This document shows positions 49,108 to 61,600 of a stretch of 64,000 nucleotides of DNA, piece by piece. A program made the position numbers and the translations under genes. Position 1 is the first letter of the stretch; the number at the start of each line of letters is the position of its first letter. The notes under the pieces were generated by a model, which worked only from the letters and a program-made list of their open reading frames with translations, did no database searches and had not been told where the DNA came from. This DNA comes from Nanobdellota archaeon (GTDB taxonomy: Archaea; Nanobdellota; Nanobdellia; Pacearchaeales; GW2011-AR1), in the NCBI GenBank assembly GCA_038045945.1, contig JBBSXC010000004.1, forward strand, positions 240,425 through 304,424, written 5' to 3'.

Positions 49108-49392
49108 ATGTTTGATAATATAAAAAAAATTGTTGGAATAAAACAAAAAAAAGGTGTTAGGTCACCCACACTTGATACTGTCATAATGGTTGATGAATTC
49201 ATAAAAGAAAAATCAGGCAAGTACAAAAAGACTGAAATATTCAAAAACCTGCCGCGTAAGGTTATGTGGCAAACATTCCAAGTAATAATCAATTATTTAG
49301 AAGAAAACAAGAAAATAAGAACAAATAGCGAAGGATTAGTAGAACACATATGGATAAGTGAGAAGAACAATACAAACACAGAAAACATTTAA
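49108..49392 (+). CDS. Small putative wHTH DNA-binding protein
   Basis: RSPTLDTVIMV..FIKE, KTEIFKNLPRKVMWQTFQVIINYLE; operator-like palindrome upstream. Confidence 0.6.
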   Translation: MFDNIKKIVGIKQKKGVRSPTLDTVIMVDEFIKEKSGKYKKTEIFKNLPRKVMWQTFQVIINYLEENKKIRTNSEGLVEHIWISEKNNTNTENI

Positions 49393-49418
49393 AAGCAAAG
49401 CTATTCTATTCTGAATGC

Positions 49419-49491
49419 GCAGGTATGGCACAGCGGCTACTGCAAACGGCTGCAACCCGTTTTTTCCCGGGTTCGAGTCCCGGTACCTGCT
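49419..49491 (+). tRNA. tRNA-Cys(GCA)
   Basis: GCAGGTA/TACCTGC acceptor, U73, AACGG-CTGCAAC-CCGTT anticodon arm. Confidence 0.95.
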
Positions 49492-49500
49492 TAAAAATCA

Positions 49501-49519
49501 AAGAAACCTTCGGTTTCTT
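49501..49519. other. Hairpin downstream of tRNA-Cys
   Basis: aagaaacc-ttc-ggtttctt. Confidence 0.5.
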
Positions 49520-49683
49520 GTTAATGAACCAAAAAGTTGGCATTTTCAAAGAAATCGGGGGTTTTAATGATAAAAATGCAGTTGTTCTACAAAAATTATT
49601 ATACAAGAAAAGTGATAAAAACACGAAAATTAGCATAAGGTATTTAAAGCGGATTTCATAAATTTATTAAGAGATTTTTAAAG

Positions 49684-52600
49684 ATGGTGTACAAGAAATA
49701 CATAAAGAGGAACGGCAAGACTTTCGGACCATATTATTACGAGAGTTTCAGAGTTGGAGACAAAGTAAAAAAGAGGTATATTGGAACAATAAACCCTGAA
49801 AGCAAAAGGGTCGGGGGGATAATAAATAACGTCGGTAAGAGTTACCCCACAAGCCAAATAAACAAAAAGTATCATTTGTTAACAATAGTAGGAGTATTAT
49901 TCATAGCAGCACTAATGACTCTGCTACTAATAAACGGCTTTGGAGGGCTAAGTGGAAACGCTATAGCTGAAATGGGCAGTGATTCTTTTATAATAAAACT
50001 TTCACCTGGGGAACTTTTGCCAACAAATACCATAATAGAAATAACACAAGAAAACAAAACAACCACTATCCCAATAAACACGCTAATATCGCAAGAAAAA
50101 AACCTCCCTATTCAAGGACAATACTTCATTGATGGAACAAACATACAAGGAACAGGAGAAGCTTACGGTAAACCAATAATAATCAACAATTACCCAATAG
50201 TATATTTTGAAATAAGAATAATAAAAGACCAAGAACCAGAAACAAATAATGAGCAACCATCAAACCCTCAAAATAATGAACCTTCTGAGACAACAAGTCC
50301 TGAACCAGAAAAACTACCAGAACTATTAGAAACAGGTCCTGCAACTGAAGAACAAGGAGAAACCGCGCCAGTAGAAGAGGAAAGTGGAAGAGGACTAATA
50401 ACAGGACTAGCAATACTAAACAGCCCTGAAAAAATAGTTGGGGGAGCAGTTAGAAGCGGAGAAGAATACGTATACCACTTAGAAAGCGGAGAAAGAGCAG
50501 AACTAGTACAAAACAGCGTAAGAACAGTTAACAAACAACTAAATGACGAACAAGCACACTTCTCACAAGTTGGAAGAGACATAGTATTCGTAACGGACTA
50601 CTACGAAAAAGAAGAAGTATTAGGAAAAGAATATTATGAATCAGTAAAAAACGGAAGCATAATAGAAGAAGAACAAGAAGACTACGAAATAATAATACCC
50701 TACGAAAAATTAGCATTAGAAGAAGGAAGAATAAAAATAAAAGTCTCGTATAATGGAGAAATAATAACAGAAATGGAAGGAAACTATAACGAACCAACAA
50801 TAATAATCGCGCCAATAACTGCACCTGAAACAAAAAAAGAAAAAAATGACGAATCAAAAGAAGAGAAAGGAAACGTTGAGTCAATAAATCAAAGCGGAAT
50901 ATCAATAAAAACAGAACAAGAAAGAGTAAGGGTAGGAATGCCTGTTAGGTGGACTAAAACAATAGTTGCGGAGAATCCTACAAACATAACAATAACACTA
51001 CCCAGCGAAACAATAAGCGCTAGCATAAAAAAAGTTCATGATGGAGAAGAAACAGGGCAGTTTGATATAGTAAAAAAAGGACAACTAAACCCTGAAATAA
51101 ACGAAGAACTAAAACCCTCACAACCCTCAAAAAACGCCAATAGTCCACCACCTTCACCTTCCCAGACAACAAACAATAATCCTAATAACAATCAAGAAAG
51201 TGACAGTGAAGAACCAGCAGTTCCAGAAACAACAACCCCAAAATCACCAGAGCAAGAACAAAAAAATAATGAAGGACAAATACCTGCAATAATAGAAGAA
51301 GACCGTCCTGCACCAATAAGCGGATTCAGCATTAATGATGGAAACTTCAAAAGCAACAATTGGTTATTCAAATTATTAAAAAAATTCTTATCAATACTAA
51401 GCTTAGGTAATGGTGGGATTACGGGTAACGCAGCATTAGAAATTGATGCATCAGGAACTTATTCTACATTATCATCACAAGAAAACATCACTATAGAAAT
51501 AACTAATACTTCACAAGAATACCATTTAGAATACTACACTACACCAGCAATAGCAGAAGAAACAACAACAAATAATCCTAACGGAATAATAAAAAGAGTT
51601 GATATTTCCGCACCAGAACCTAATGGTGAACACTACAAAAACCTCATAGCATTCACTAATATTCCTAAAGAATCATTAAAGAATAACAAGAGCGAAATTA
51701 AAGTATTATGGTTAGAAGAATCACAAAAAATACCTGTTAAAGAGTTAGACAACGACAATGACCTAATAACTGACAGTATTGAATGGGTTATTCCGCACTT
51801 ATCTAAACAATCATTTATTATAACAACTCAAGCAGATTTTGGAAACGGAACTCACTTCAACACAACAGCGAACGCTAGCGGAACACTAATACTCTGGCAC
51901 GGTAATAGATCACAAATAGCTAATACAGGATTTGGATCGTTCATAAACATTACTGGACTAGTTGCTTCATACCACTTTGATAATGATTCATCTTATGGTG
52001 AAAACTCGACAAGAATTTATGATTTTAGCGGATTACAAAACAACGGAACAGCATACAACGGAGTAGTAATGAACGCAAGCGGAAAAATAAAAGGAGCAGC
52101 AAGCTTTGACGGGGTAAATGACTACGCAGTTGCTAGTGGAACGATACTAGACACATTACCAAATAACCAGTTAACAGTTTCTGCATGGTTCAAACACACA
52201 ACAACTTCTGTAGGCGGAGTTGATGACTACATAATAAACAAAGGAAGAATTGGGGGAGGGGGTTACGGTCTCTATATTGACACAACAGCAAACAAAGTAG
52301 GATTCTTGACTAATGACGGCAGCTGGGACATTGTTCTTTCTGACAACGGTGGATATAATGATAATTTGTGGCATCAAGCAACAGGAGTGTGGAATGGAAC
52401 AACAAACGTCTTATACGTTGATGGAGTATTACAATCTGCAAGTACATCTGCTAGTTCGCCAACCATGGATAGTACTGGACTAGCTATAGGTGTTTATTAT
52501 GACCCCTCTCCCTTTGCAGGATCATACTTTAACGGATCAATAGACGAAGTCGCTATTTTTAATCGAACACTGTCCGCGACAGAAGTTTTAACTGTTTATA

Positions 52601-55600
52601 ATACACAAAAAGATACTTATCCTTCTAGTGGTGAATACTTAAGTGTTATTAACGATACTGGAGGTTCTTCATCTTACAAAAACTTTAGTTGGAGTAGCAT
52701 TTGGAACCAAACAAACGGATACGCAACAGACGGAAGTTACGCACCAACAACACAAACAGGACAAACAAATTATTCTGGGTTAGTAGCATGGTACCGTTTT
52801 AATAACGAACTAGGAGAAAATTCTACAAATATTATTGATTGGTCTGGACAAGCAAACAACGCAACAGCATTAAACGGGGCGATAATAAACAAAACTGGAA
52901 TGCTTGAAGGAGGAGCACAATTCGAAGGAACAAACGACCTTTTTAACATGTCAAGCTTACCAATTTCAGGCACTGGTTCATTCTCAATTTTTTCATGGGT
53001 AAGAACACTAAACATAAGCAATAGAAAATCCATTGTTAGCCTAGGAGCTAATTCTGCGAATAATGACGGAGTTTACTTATTCATAAACTCTAATAATCAA
53101 GTGCAAACAGATCTAACAAACATAGCCGGTCCTTCATCATCAGCAACAGTAACTGACGGCTTATGGCACTTTGTTGGAGTAGTAAACAATGGTGGAACAA
53201 TACAAATATATGTTGATGGAGCTGCTTCAGGAAGCTCACAGGCAATGTCACCAAATATTGCTTCTGGAGGAGATAATAATAAGTTTGTAGGAGTTGCTAG
53301 AAGTAGCGGATCAATCGTACTGCCTTATAACGGCTCTATTGATGAAGTACAAATATATAATCGAGCTCTGTCAACTTCAGAAATTTCTAACCTTTACAAT
53401 ATTGGCATAGTTGGAAAACAACCAGCTATTGGTGTAAGAAGTTGTAGTACAGCAACATGCGCAAACACTAACTGGACTGGAAAAATAAAAAACTTGTTAG
53501 AGACGGGACAGGCAGAAATACCCTCAATAATAGACAACAGCACAGGACTAGTATTGCTCTACCACTTTAATAATGACTCAACATACGGAGAAAACTCGAG
53601 CAGAATATATGACTTTAGCGGATTACAAAACAACGGAACAGCAATAAACGGAGTAGTAATGAACGCGAGCGGAAAAATAAGAGGGGCAGGAACATTCGAC
53701 GGAATAAATGACCTGATTAATGTTTCAGATTCTAACATTTTAGATTTAGGGACAGGTGACTTTAGTTTATCAACTTGGATAATGACAGAAAGTAACGCTA
53801 GTAATAATTTAGCTTTTGTGACTAAGAGAAACTCTGGAGGTCAAGAGGGATTTTACTGGGGTTCGCAAGAGGAAAATAGAATACTGTTTTACTGTGCGCC
53901 TGAAACTGGTTGTGATACAACTACCTCTCTATCTAGCAACATAACCTTTAGGGACGGAAAATGGCATAATTTGGCTATTACTAGAACAAGTAATTCAACA
54001 ACTTTCTACTTTGACGGAATAGTCGCAGGAACAAGTAGCGGTGTAGACGGAGACTTTACAAATACTAATAATTTATACGTCGGTAAAGATAACCAAATAA
54101 GCGACGCAATGAACGGTTCTATTGACGAATTAGCAATTTGGAACAGATCATTATCGGCTAGCGAAATTTATAATTTGTACTTAAACGGTCAATCAAGATT
54201 TTTCACAACAAGTCCTGTGCAACTAACAAATGTTTCAAGCAACAGATACTTCCAACACAAAGTAATGTTCGAAACAACAAACAGAACATACACACCATGG
54301 GTTGATGAAATAAAAACAAATTATGAAACAGTATCATTTGATGTTGACACACAAGGAGAATTCAACAACGGAACATACTTCAACACAACAGCTAATAGTA
54401 GTGGAACACTAGTGTTACAACATGGTAATAGGTCGCAAATAGCTAATAATGGTTTTGGAAACTTTATTAATACTACAGGACTAATAGCCTCTTATCATTT
54501 TGATAACGAATCAGTTTATAGTGAAAACGCAACAAATGTTTATGATTTTTCTGGGTTACAAAACAATGCTACTAACATTGGAGGTGTCATTACAAACTCT
54601 ACGGGAAAAATTAAAGGAAGCTTTAGTTATGATGGTGTTAATGACTGGACTAATGCTAGCTCATTCTCAGACAATGTTAACATAACTGCTGGAACTTATG
54701 CTACTTGGGTTTATAAGGCATCTAGTGCTACTGCAGTAAAAGCTATTTTTGAAGCTCGTACATCCGCAGATATGCTAGACGGTGACGGGCAGTTCGGTTT
54801 TGGTTTTAGGGCTGGGGTTGGAAGCGGTTCCTTTAACAGTCCATCATTACCAATAAACAAATGGACTCACGTTGCCCTTACTTATGATAAGGCGATAGAC
54901 ACAATGGTAGTTTATGTTAATGGTGCTTCTATTGGTAGTAACACAAGCTTAGGTGCTGTACCTCTTCCTACCGGTGTAAGAATAGGTAATGACGTTTTTG
55001 ATAGTTTATGGAATGGTTCTATTGACGAATTTTCTGTTTGGAATCGTTCATTATCAGCGGGAGAAATATCAAATCTTTACGAAACACAAAAAGATAATTA
55101 TCCTGTTAATGGTGAATACTTGTCGCAAATAAACAATACTGGAACAATATCGAACTGGAGCCAACTAATATGGAGCAGTCCATGGAACCAGACAAACGGG
55201 TACGCAATAGATGGAAGTTATGCGCCAACAACGCAAACAGGACAAACAAATTATTCTGGACTTGTCGCATGGTACCGTTTTAATAACGAACTAGGAGAAA
55301 ACCAAACAAAAATAATAGATTGGTCTGGACAAGCAAACAACGCAACAGCAATAAACGGCTCGTTACACAACTCAAGCGGAAAACTAGAGGGGGCAAGAAC
55401 ATTTGACGGAGTGAACGATTACTTAAACACAGGATACACAGCGGCAATTGGGACTGGAGAATTCACAGAAAGCGTTTGGTTCAAAACAGGCATATCTCAG
55501 CTAGGGTCACTGATAACAAAAAGAAGCGGAGCACCAGATTATACTCAACTAGAGTTGATGATGGCTAACGATGTTGACATAAGTGTTGCTGGGGGAAAAA

Positions 55601-58600
55601 TAGTATTTTATGAAAACCATTACTCTGGAGGATACCAAACAAGAGTCGCTATTACAGCAGGAAGTTATAATGATGGACAATGGCACCAAGCGGTAGGTGT
55701 CCGTAATTCTACAAGTACAAAGATATACGTTGACGGACAATTACAGATGACAAATGAAACAACAGTAACGCCTTACAACCTAAATAATACTCAACCAATA
55801 TTCATAGGTGCGCTTGGAGATTTAGGTGTTCCGCTAACAGGATACTACTTCAACGGTTCTATTGATGACGTACAAATATATAATCGGTCATTATCAGCTA
55901 GCGAAATATCGAATCTTTACGAAATAGGAATTGTTGGAAAACAACCAACTATTGGTGTAAGAAGTTGTAGCACAGCAAATTGTAGTAACACCAATTGGAC
56001 TGGAAAAATAAAAAACTTGTTAGAAACAGGACAGGTAGAAATACCATCGGTACTAGACAGCACAACAGGGTTAGTAGCGCTATACCATTTCAACAACGAA
56101 TCAGCTTATGGGGAAAGTAACACTGCAGCTCATGATTTTTCTGGATTAGGAAATGACTTAACAATATATAACCAAACTAGGATAAACAACACTGGTAAAA
56201 TAAGAGGAGGAGTAACACTTGATGGAATTAACGACTATATACGTAGACCTTACCCAACAGCAACAAGTGTCCCTGCTTACGGTTCAAAAACTCTCTCGGC
56301 TTGGGTTTATAAGGGCGAAGGTGGAGGGGGTAGACTTGCTGAAAGTTGGTGTGATGGAGCATTAGGGTGTTCATTCCTTTTTACAGAATTAGGCGGTTAT
56401 GCAAGGGATACTAATGGTGACGTGTACGCTGTTTCTTGCACTAGCGCTGAGAATAAAATAAATGAATGGTATCACATAACTTTAACACTTGATGGAACAG
56501 TAGAAAAATGTTATGTTAATGGAGTAGAAAACGGGACTGGAGCATTTTCATTTAACAATATTAACGCAGCTACAGAAATAGTTATTGGGTCATTTAATGG
56601 TAGTATTGACGAACTTGCTATATGGAATCGTTCATTATCAGCAACAGAAATTTATAATTTGTACTTAAACGGACAATCAAGATTCTTCACTACTTCACCA
56701 GTAGCACTAACAAATTTGACAAGCAACAGGTACTTACAGTACAAAGTGATGTTTGAAACAACAAACAGAACATACACACCATGGGTTGATAACGTGGACA
56801 TAACACACTTAACAAGCGGAGAAATAGGGTGCTTAACATGGAACGGAAGCGTAAGCACAAATTGGAGTAATGAAAACAACTGGCAAGAAGGAAACGTACC
56901 AGACACAAACAGTTGCGTAATAATAAACGGAGCATACACAAACCCGCCAAAACTAAGCATAGGGACAACAATATACAACTTAAGCATAGGAAAAAGTGCT
57001 ACGTCATTATTAACATTAGAAATGCCATGGGGGAATAGCCTGAACATAACACAAAACTTAATCATTGGAGCAAACGGAAAAATAAATCACACAGCAAACA
57101 CAAACGCAAAAACATACAACCTAAACATAACAGTAGGAGGAAACTTAACAATAGAAGGAGGAGGAACAATAAACGTTGACGGAGCAGGATACTCAAAAAA
57201 TAATGGTCCAGGAGCATCAGGAGGAGAATCAGGAAGTTGTTACGGAGGAAGAGGAGAATTATACGTGGACACAGGATTATGTAACACTTATGGAAGTATT
57301 ACTTCACCATTAGACTTTGGAAGCGGAAGTGTTGATTCTTTTGGTGGTGGACTAATAATAATAAACGTAACTAACATTTTTAATGTTTCTGGAGCAATAT
57401 CGTCATCGGGTGTTAACACTAATCGCGCCGGAGGAGCAGGAGGAGGAATACTTATATCGGCTGGTAGTATGCTTGGAAACGGAACAATAGACACTGACGG
57501 TGTAAATGGAATTTCTGGAAGAGGAGACGGGGGAGGAGGAAGAATAGCAATATACCTAAATCAAATAAACAATACAGGAAGCGTAAACATTAGCTCAAGA
57601 GGAGGAATAACGACAAGCGAAGGAGCAGCAGGAACAATATACATAAAAAAATCCGGACAAACATACGGAGAACTTCACATATCAAATGGGGCAGAGGCAC
57701 TACAAGACGCAGTAACAACAAACCTAGACTCAAACATGACATACAATTTTGACATAATAAACATTACAAGAAATGCAAGCATAGAGTTAAGCACAGGAGC
57801 AATACTAAACTTAACAAATACAACACTAATTGGAGATTCACAACCAGGATCAAGAATAATAATAAACGGAACAAAAAACAGCGGAAACTTAACAATACCT
57901 AACCACTTCAACATAACAGGGATAAGCATTGTTCAAAGAGGAAGTCAAGCAATAGAAATAACAACTAATAACCTAAACTTAAGAAATGGTGCTATAATAT
58001 CACACCTTGATAATTCAGCAGGTATTACACACAGAGTAAACTTGACAATAATAGGAAACTTAACAATTGATTCGGGAGCAACAATAAACGTTGACGGATT
58101 AGGATACGACTCCGGAAGCGGTCCAGGAGTAGCAGCAGGAGAAGACGGAGCATCACACGGAGGAATGGGAGGAGAATATGACGGGACAGGACCACTAAAA
58201 GCAACATACGGAAGCATAACTAACCCAACAGATTTTGGAAGTGGAGCAGGAGGAGGAAACGGTGGAGGAGCAATACTAATAAACGTAACTAAAACCTTAA
58301 ATGTTACAGGAACAATATCAGCAAGTGACGGAGGATTAGTCGGACTTGGAAGAGGACAAGGAAGCGCAGGTTCAGTACTAATATACTCTGAAAACTTGAT
58401 AGGCAATGGAACAATAGACGCAAATGGAAGAAGCGACGGCACAGGAAGAGGATCGGGAGGAGGAGGAAGAATAGCAATATACGCACTGGTTGGAACAACA
58501 ACAGACAACATAAAAACACAAGCTTATGGAGGATCAGCATCATCAACAGCCTCACCAGGAACAATATACATAAAAACCGCAAACAAAAATTATGGAACAA

Positions 58601-61600
58601 TAACAATAAACAATAATGGATTCACACCATCAACAGGATCAACAACACTAATAAACCAAACAACAAATTACAATTTTGACGTCATAAACATAACAGGGGC
58701 AGGATACTTAGAAATAGGAAGCAATATTACAAGCATAATAATAAATGAAAACTTGTGGTTAAGCGCAGGAACAATAGCAGACTCATCAAGCGGGAATAAT
58801 ATTTACTTACGAGGAAACATGAGCACTGATTCAGGATCAAGCGTAATATTCACAAGTTCAACAACATCAATAAACGGGACATCAATGCAACAAGTAGGAC
58901 TAAGTGTAAGCCCAAACAGATTCTACAAATTAAACATTAACAACACAAAAGCAATAAACTTTACAAGTTACATAAGAGCATACGATTTTGATGCAAGAAA
59001 AGCAGGAACAAATTTAACATTTGCAGCAGGAAAAACAAATAATCTAACAGTAACAAACAGCATAACAATAAAAGGAAACTCCAGCAGTAACATAATAATA
59101 AACAGTACAAACGAAACAAACTGGTTTATAAACGCACCAGTAACACAATCAATAAATTATTTGACAGTAAGACACAGCAACGCAAGCATAGGATCAACAA
59201 TAATAGCAACAAGATCAACTGATGCTGGACAAAACACAAATTGGAACTTCACAGAATTCGTACTACCACTAATAGAATTCACAGCGCAAACACCAGCAAA
59301 CGCAAGTAACATTAATTACACTAACTCCATATTTGTTGGGACAACAAGCAGTGATAACCTAGTACATCACAGCGTAACAGCAGACTTTAACAGAAGCCTA
59401 ATAGGTTGGTGGAGGTTTAATGACGAAGACGGAGAAAACAGCACATACATAATAGACAAAAGCACATACAGTAATAACGCAACAACAGCTAACGGATCAT
59501 TCATAAACACTACTGGAAAACTTGGAGGGGGAGCACAACTAGACGGAATAAACGATAATATAAATGTTGGTAACGGCTCAAACTTAAATATTACCAATGC
59601 CATAACTGTAAGTGCTTGGGTTTACCCTAAAACTAACGGTACTCAAACAATAGCTGGAAGATATAAACATTATAATGCTCCATTTTCATTAGACTGGATA
59701 CTAAGGCTAGATAATCAACAAGGGGCTTTTTGGATTGGAAATAACACTGGTTATTCTAATTCGCAAGATTACACTATTACACCATTAAACCAATGGGTAT
59801 ATTTAACAGGGACATGGAACGGGAGTAACACAATAATTTATGTTAATGGAGTGCAAAAAAATAGTACTTATCAAGCTAATATGGGCTCAACAAATGTTAA
59901 TACTTACATCGGGGCTAGTCAGTACGCAATTGATAGTGCCACAGAATTTTTCAACGGTTCCATTGATGATCTGCAAATATACTCAAGAGCACTAAGTGCA
60001 ACAGAAATAGCAGCACTGTACAATGCGTCAACAACGCAATACAGTAATAATTTTACTAACTTACAAAATGGGAATTATACTTTCACAGCATACGCACAAG
60101 ACTTAGCAGGAAATATTAACGTAACAGAAAATAGAACCGTACAAATAGTAAACTATGTTGATGAAGTAAAACCTCAAATAAACTTCACTAACCCAACACC
60201 AACAAGTGGTAGCACACAAGCAGCAAACACTTTCATAATAAACGTAAGCTCAAGCGATAACACAAACAATCACTCAGTAACAGTAGACTTCAACAGAACA
60301 CTAGTAGGATGGTGGAGATTCAACAATGAAAGCGGAGACAACAGCACATATATCATAGACAGAAGCACATACGCAAATAACGGAACAACTTATAACGGAG
60401 CATTCACAAACAGCAGTGGAAGATTAGGGGGAGGAGCACAATTCGACGGAATAGATGACCATCTGAAGACGCCAGCAAATGATATTTATAAAACACAAAA
60501 TTTCACTTTGTCAATGTGGGTTTATCCTAAAAAACAACAAAACACGATAACAACACTGATGGACTTAAATCACAGCTCTGGACCATCTGGTAACTGGGTT
60601 GTACAAACAGAAGATTCTAATGGGTCAATATACTACCTAGCAATTTGGAACGGAACAACATTTGACTATTCTGTAACACAAGGATTAAACTTAACACAAA
60701 ACTCCTGGCAACTAATAAATTATGTCAAATCAGGAACTTCGCTAATAGGGTACAAAGACGGAGCACAAATATACTCAAGAACACTAGCAATAGGAAACGT
60801 GGCTTATGATAACAACCCAACATTATTATTCGGAAAATTCGTTAGCGGAGAAGACAGATACTTTAACGGTTCTATTGATGACGTCCAAGTATATTCTCGA
60901 GCATTAAGCGCAACAGAAATAGCCGCATTGTACAACGCAAGCACAACACAATACACTAATAATTTCACAAATTTACAAGATGGAACTTACAACTTCACAG
61001 CATACGCACAAGACTGGAGCGGAAACATAAACGTAACAGAAAACAGAACAGTAACGATAATAACGTCATTAAACAATTGGGTATGCACAAGCACAACATA
61101 CAAGTTCAATAATGCATCATGCTGGAGTTTAGGAAGAGTACCAATAGCAGGAGACGACGTAGTATTCAACGCTAGCGGAAACGCACCAGTAAACATAACA
61201 AATAATACTATGCCACAAAACCTTAACTCATTCACAGTAAGCACAGACTATTCAGGATCACTAAACTTTTGGCCATTATTCGCGCAAGGAAACTGGACTG
61301 GAAGAAACGATGGAACACAATTATGGAACGTTACACAAAACATAACAATAATGAATGGAACATCAAGCATATGGGGAGACTACTTACACTCATACACAAC
61401 AGGATTCTACGGAAACATCAGCAATGATGGACATGGACAAGAATGGAGAAGCATAAACGGAAACATAACAATAGGTTCAGCAGCAACACTAGACGGAAGC
61501 GGATTAGGATTCTCAGGAGAAAATGTAGGTCCAGGAGGGGGAGCAGGAACAGCAAATAGCGAAGGAGCAAATTATGGAGGATGGGGAACTAAAAACTACG

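Noticed and set aside
49406-49661. 76-aa and 78-aa ORFs
   Set aside because: They overlap tRNA-Cys and have no protein features.
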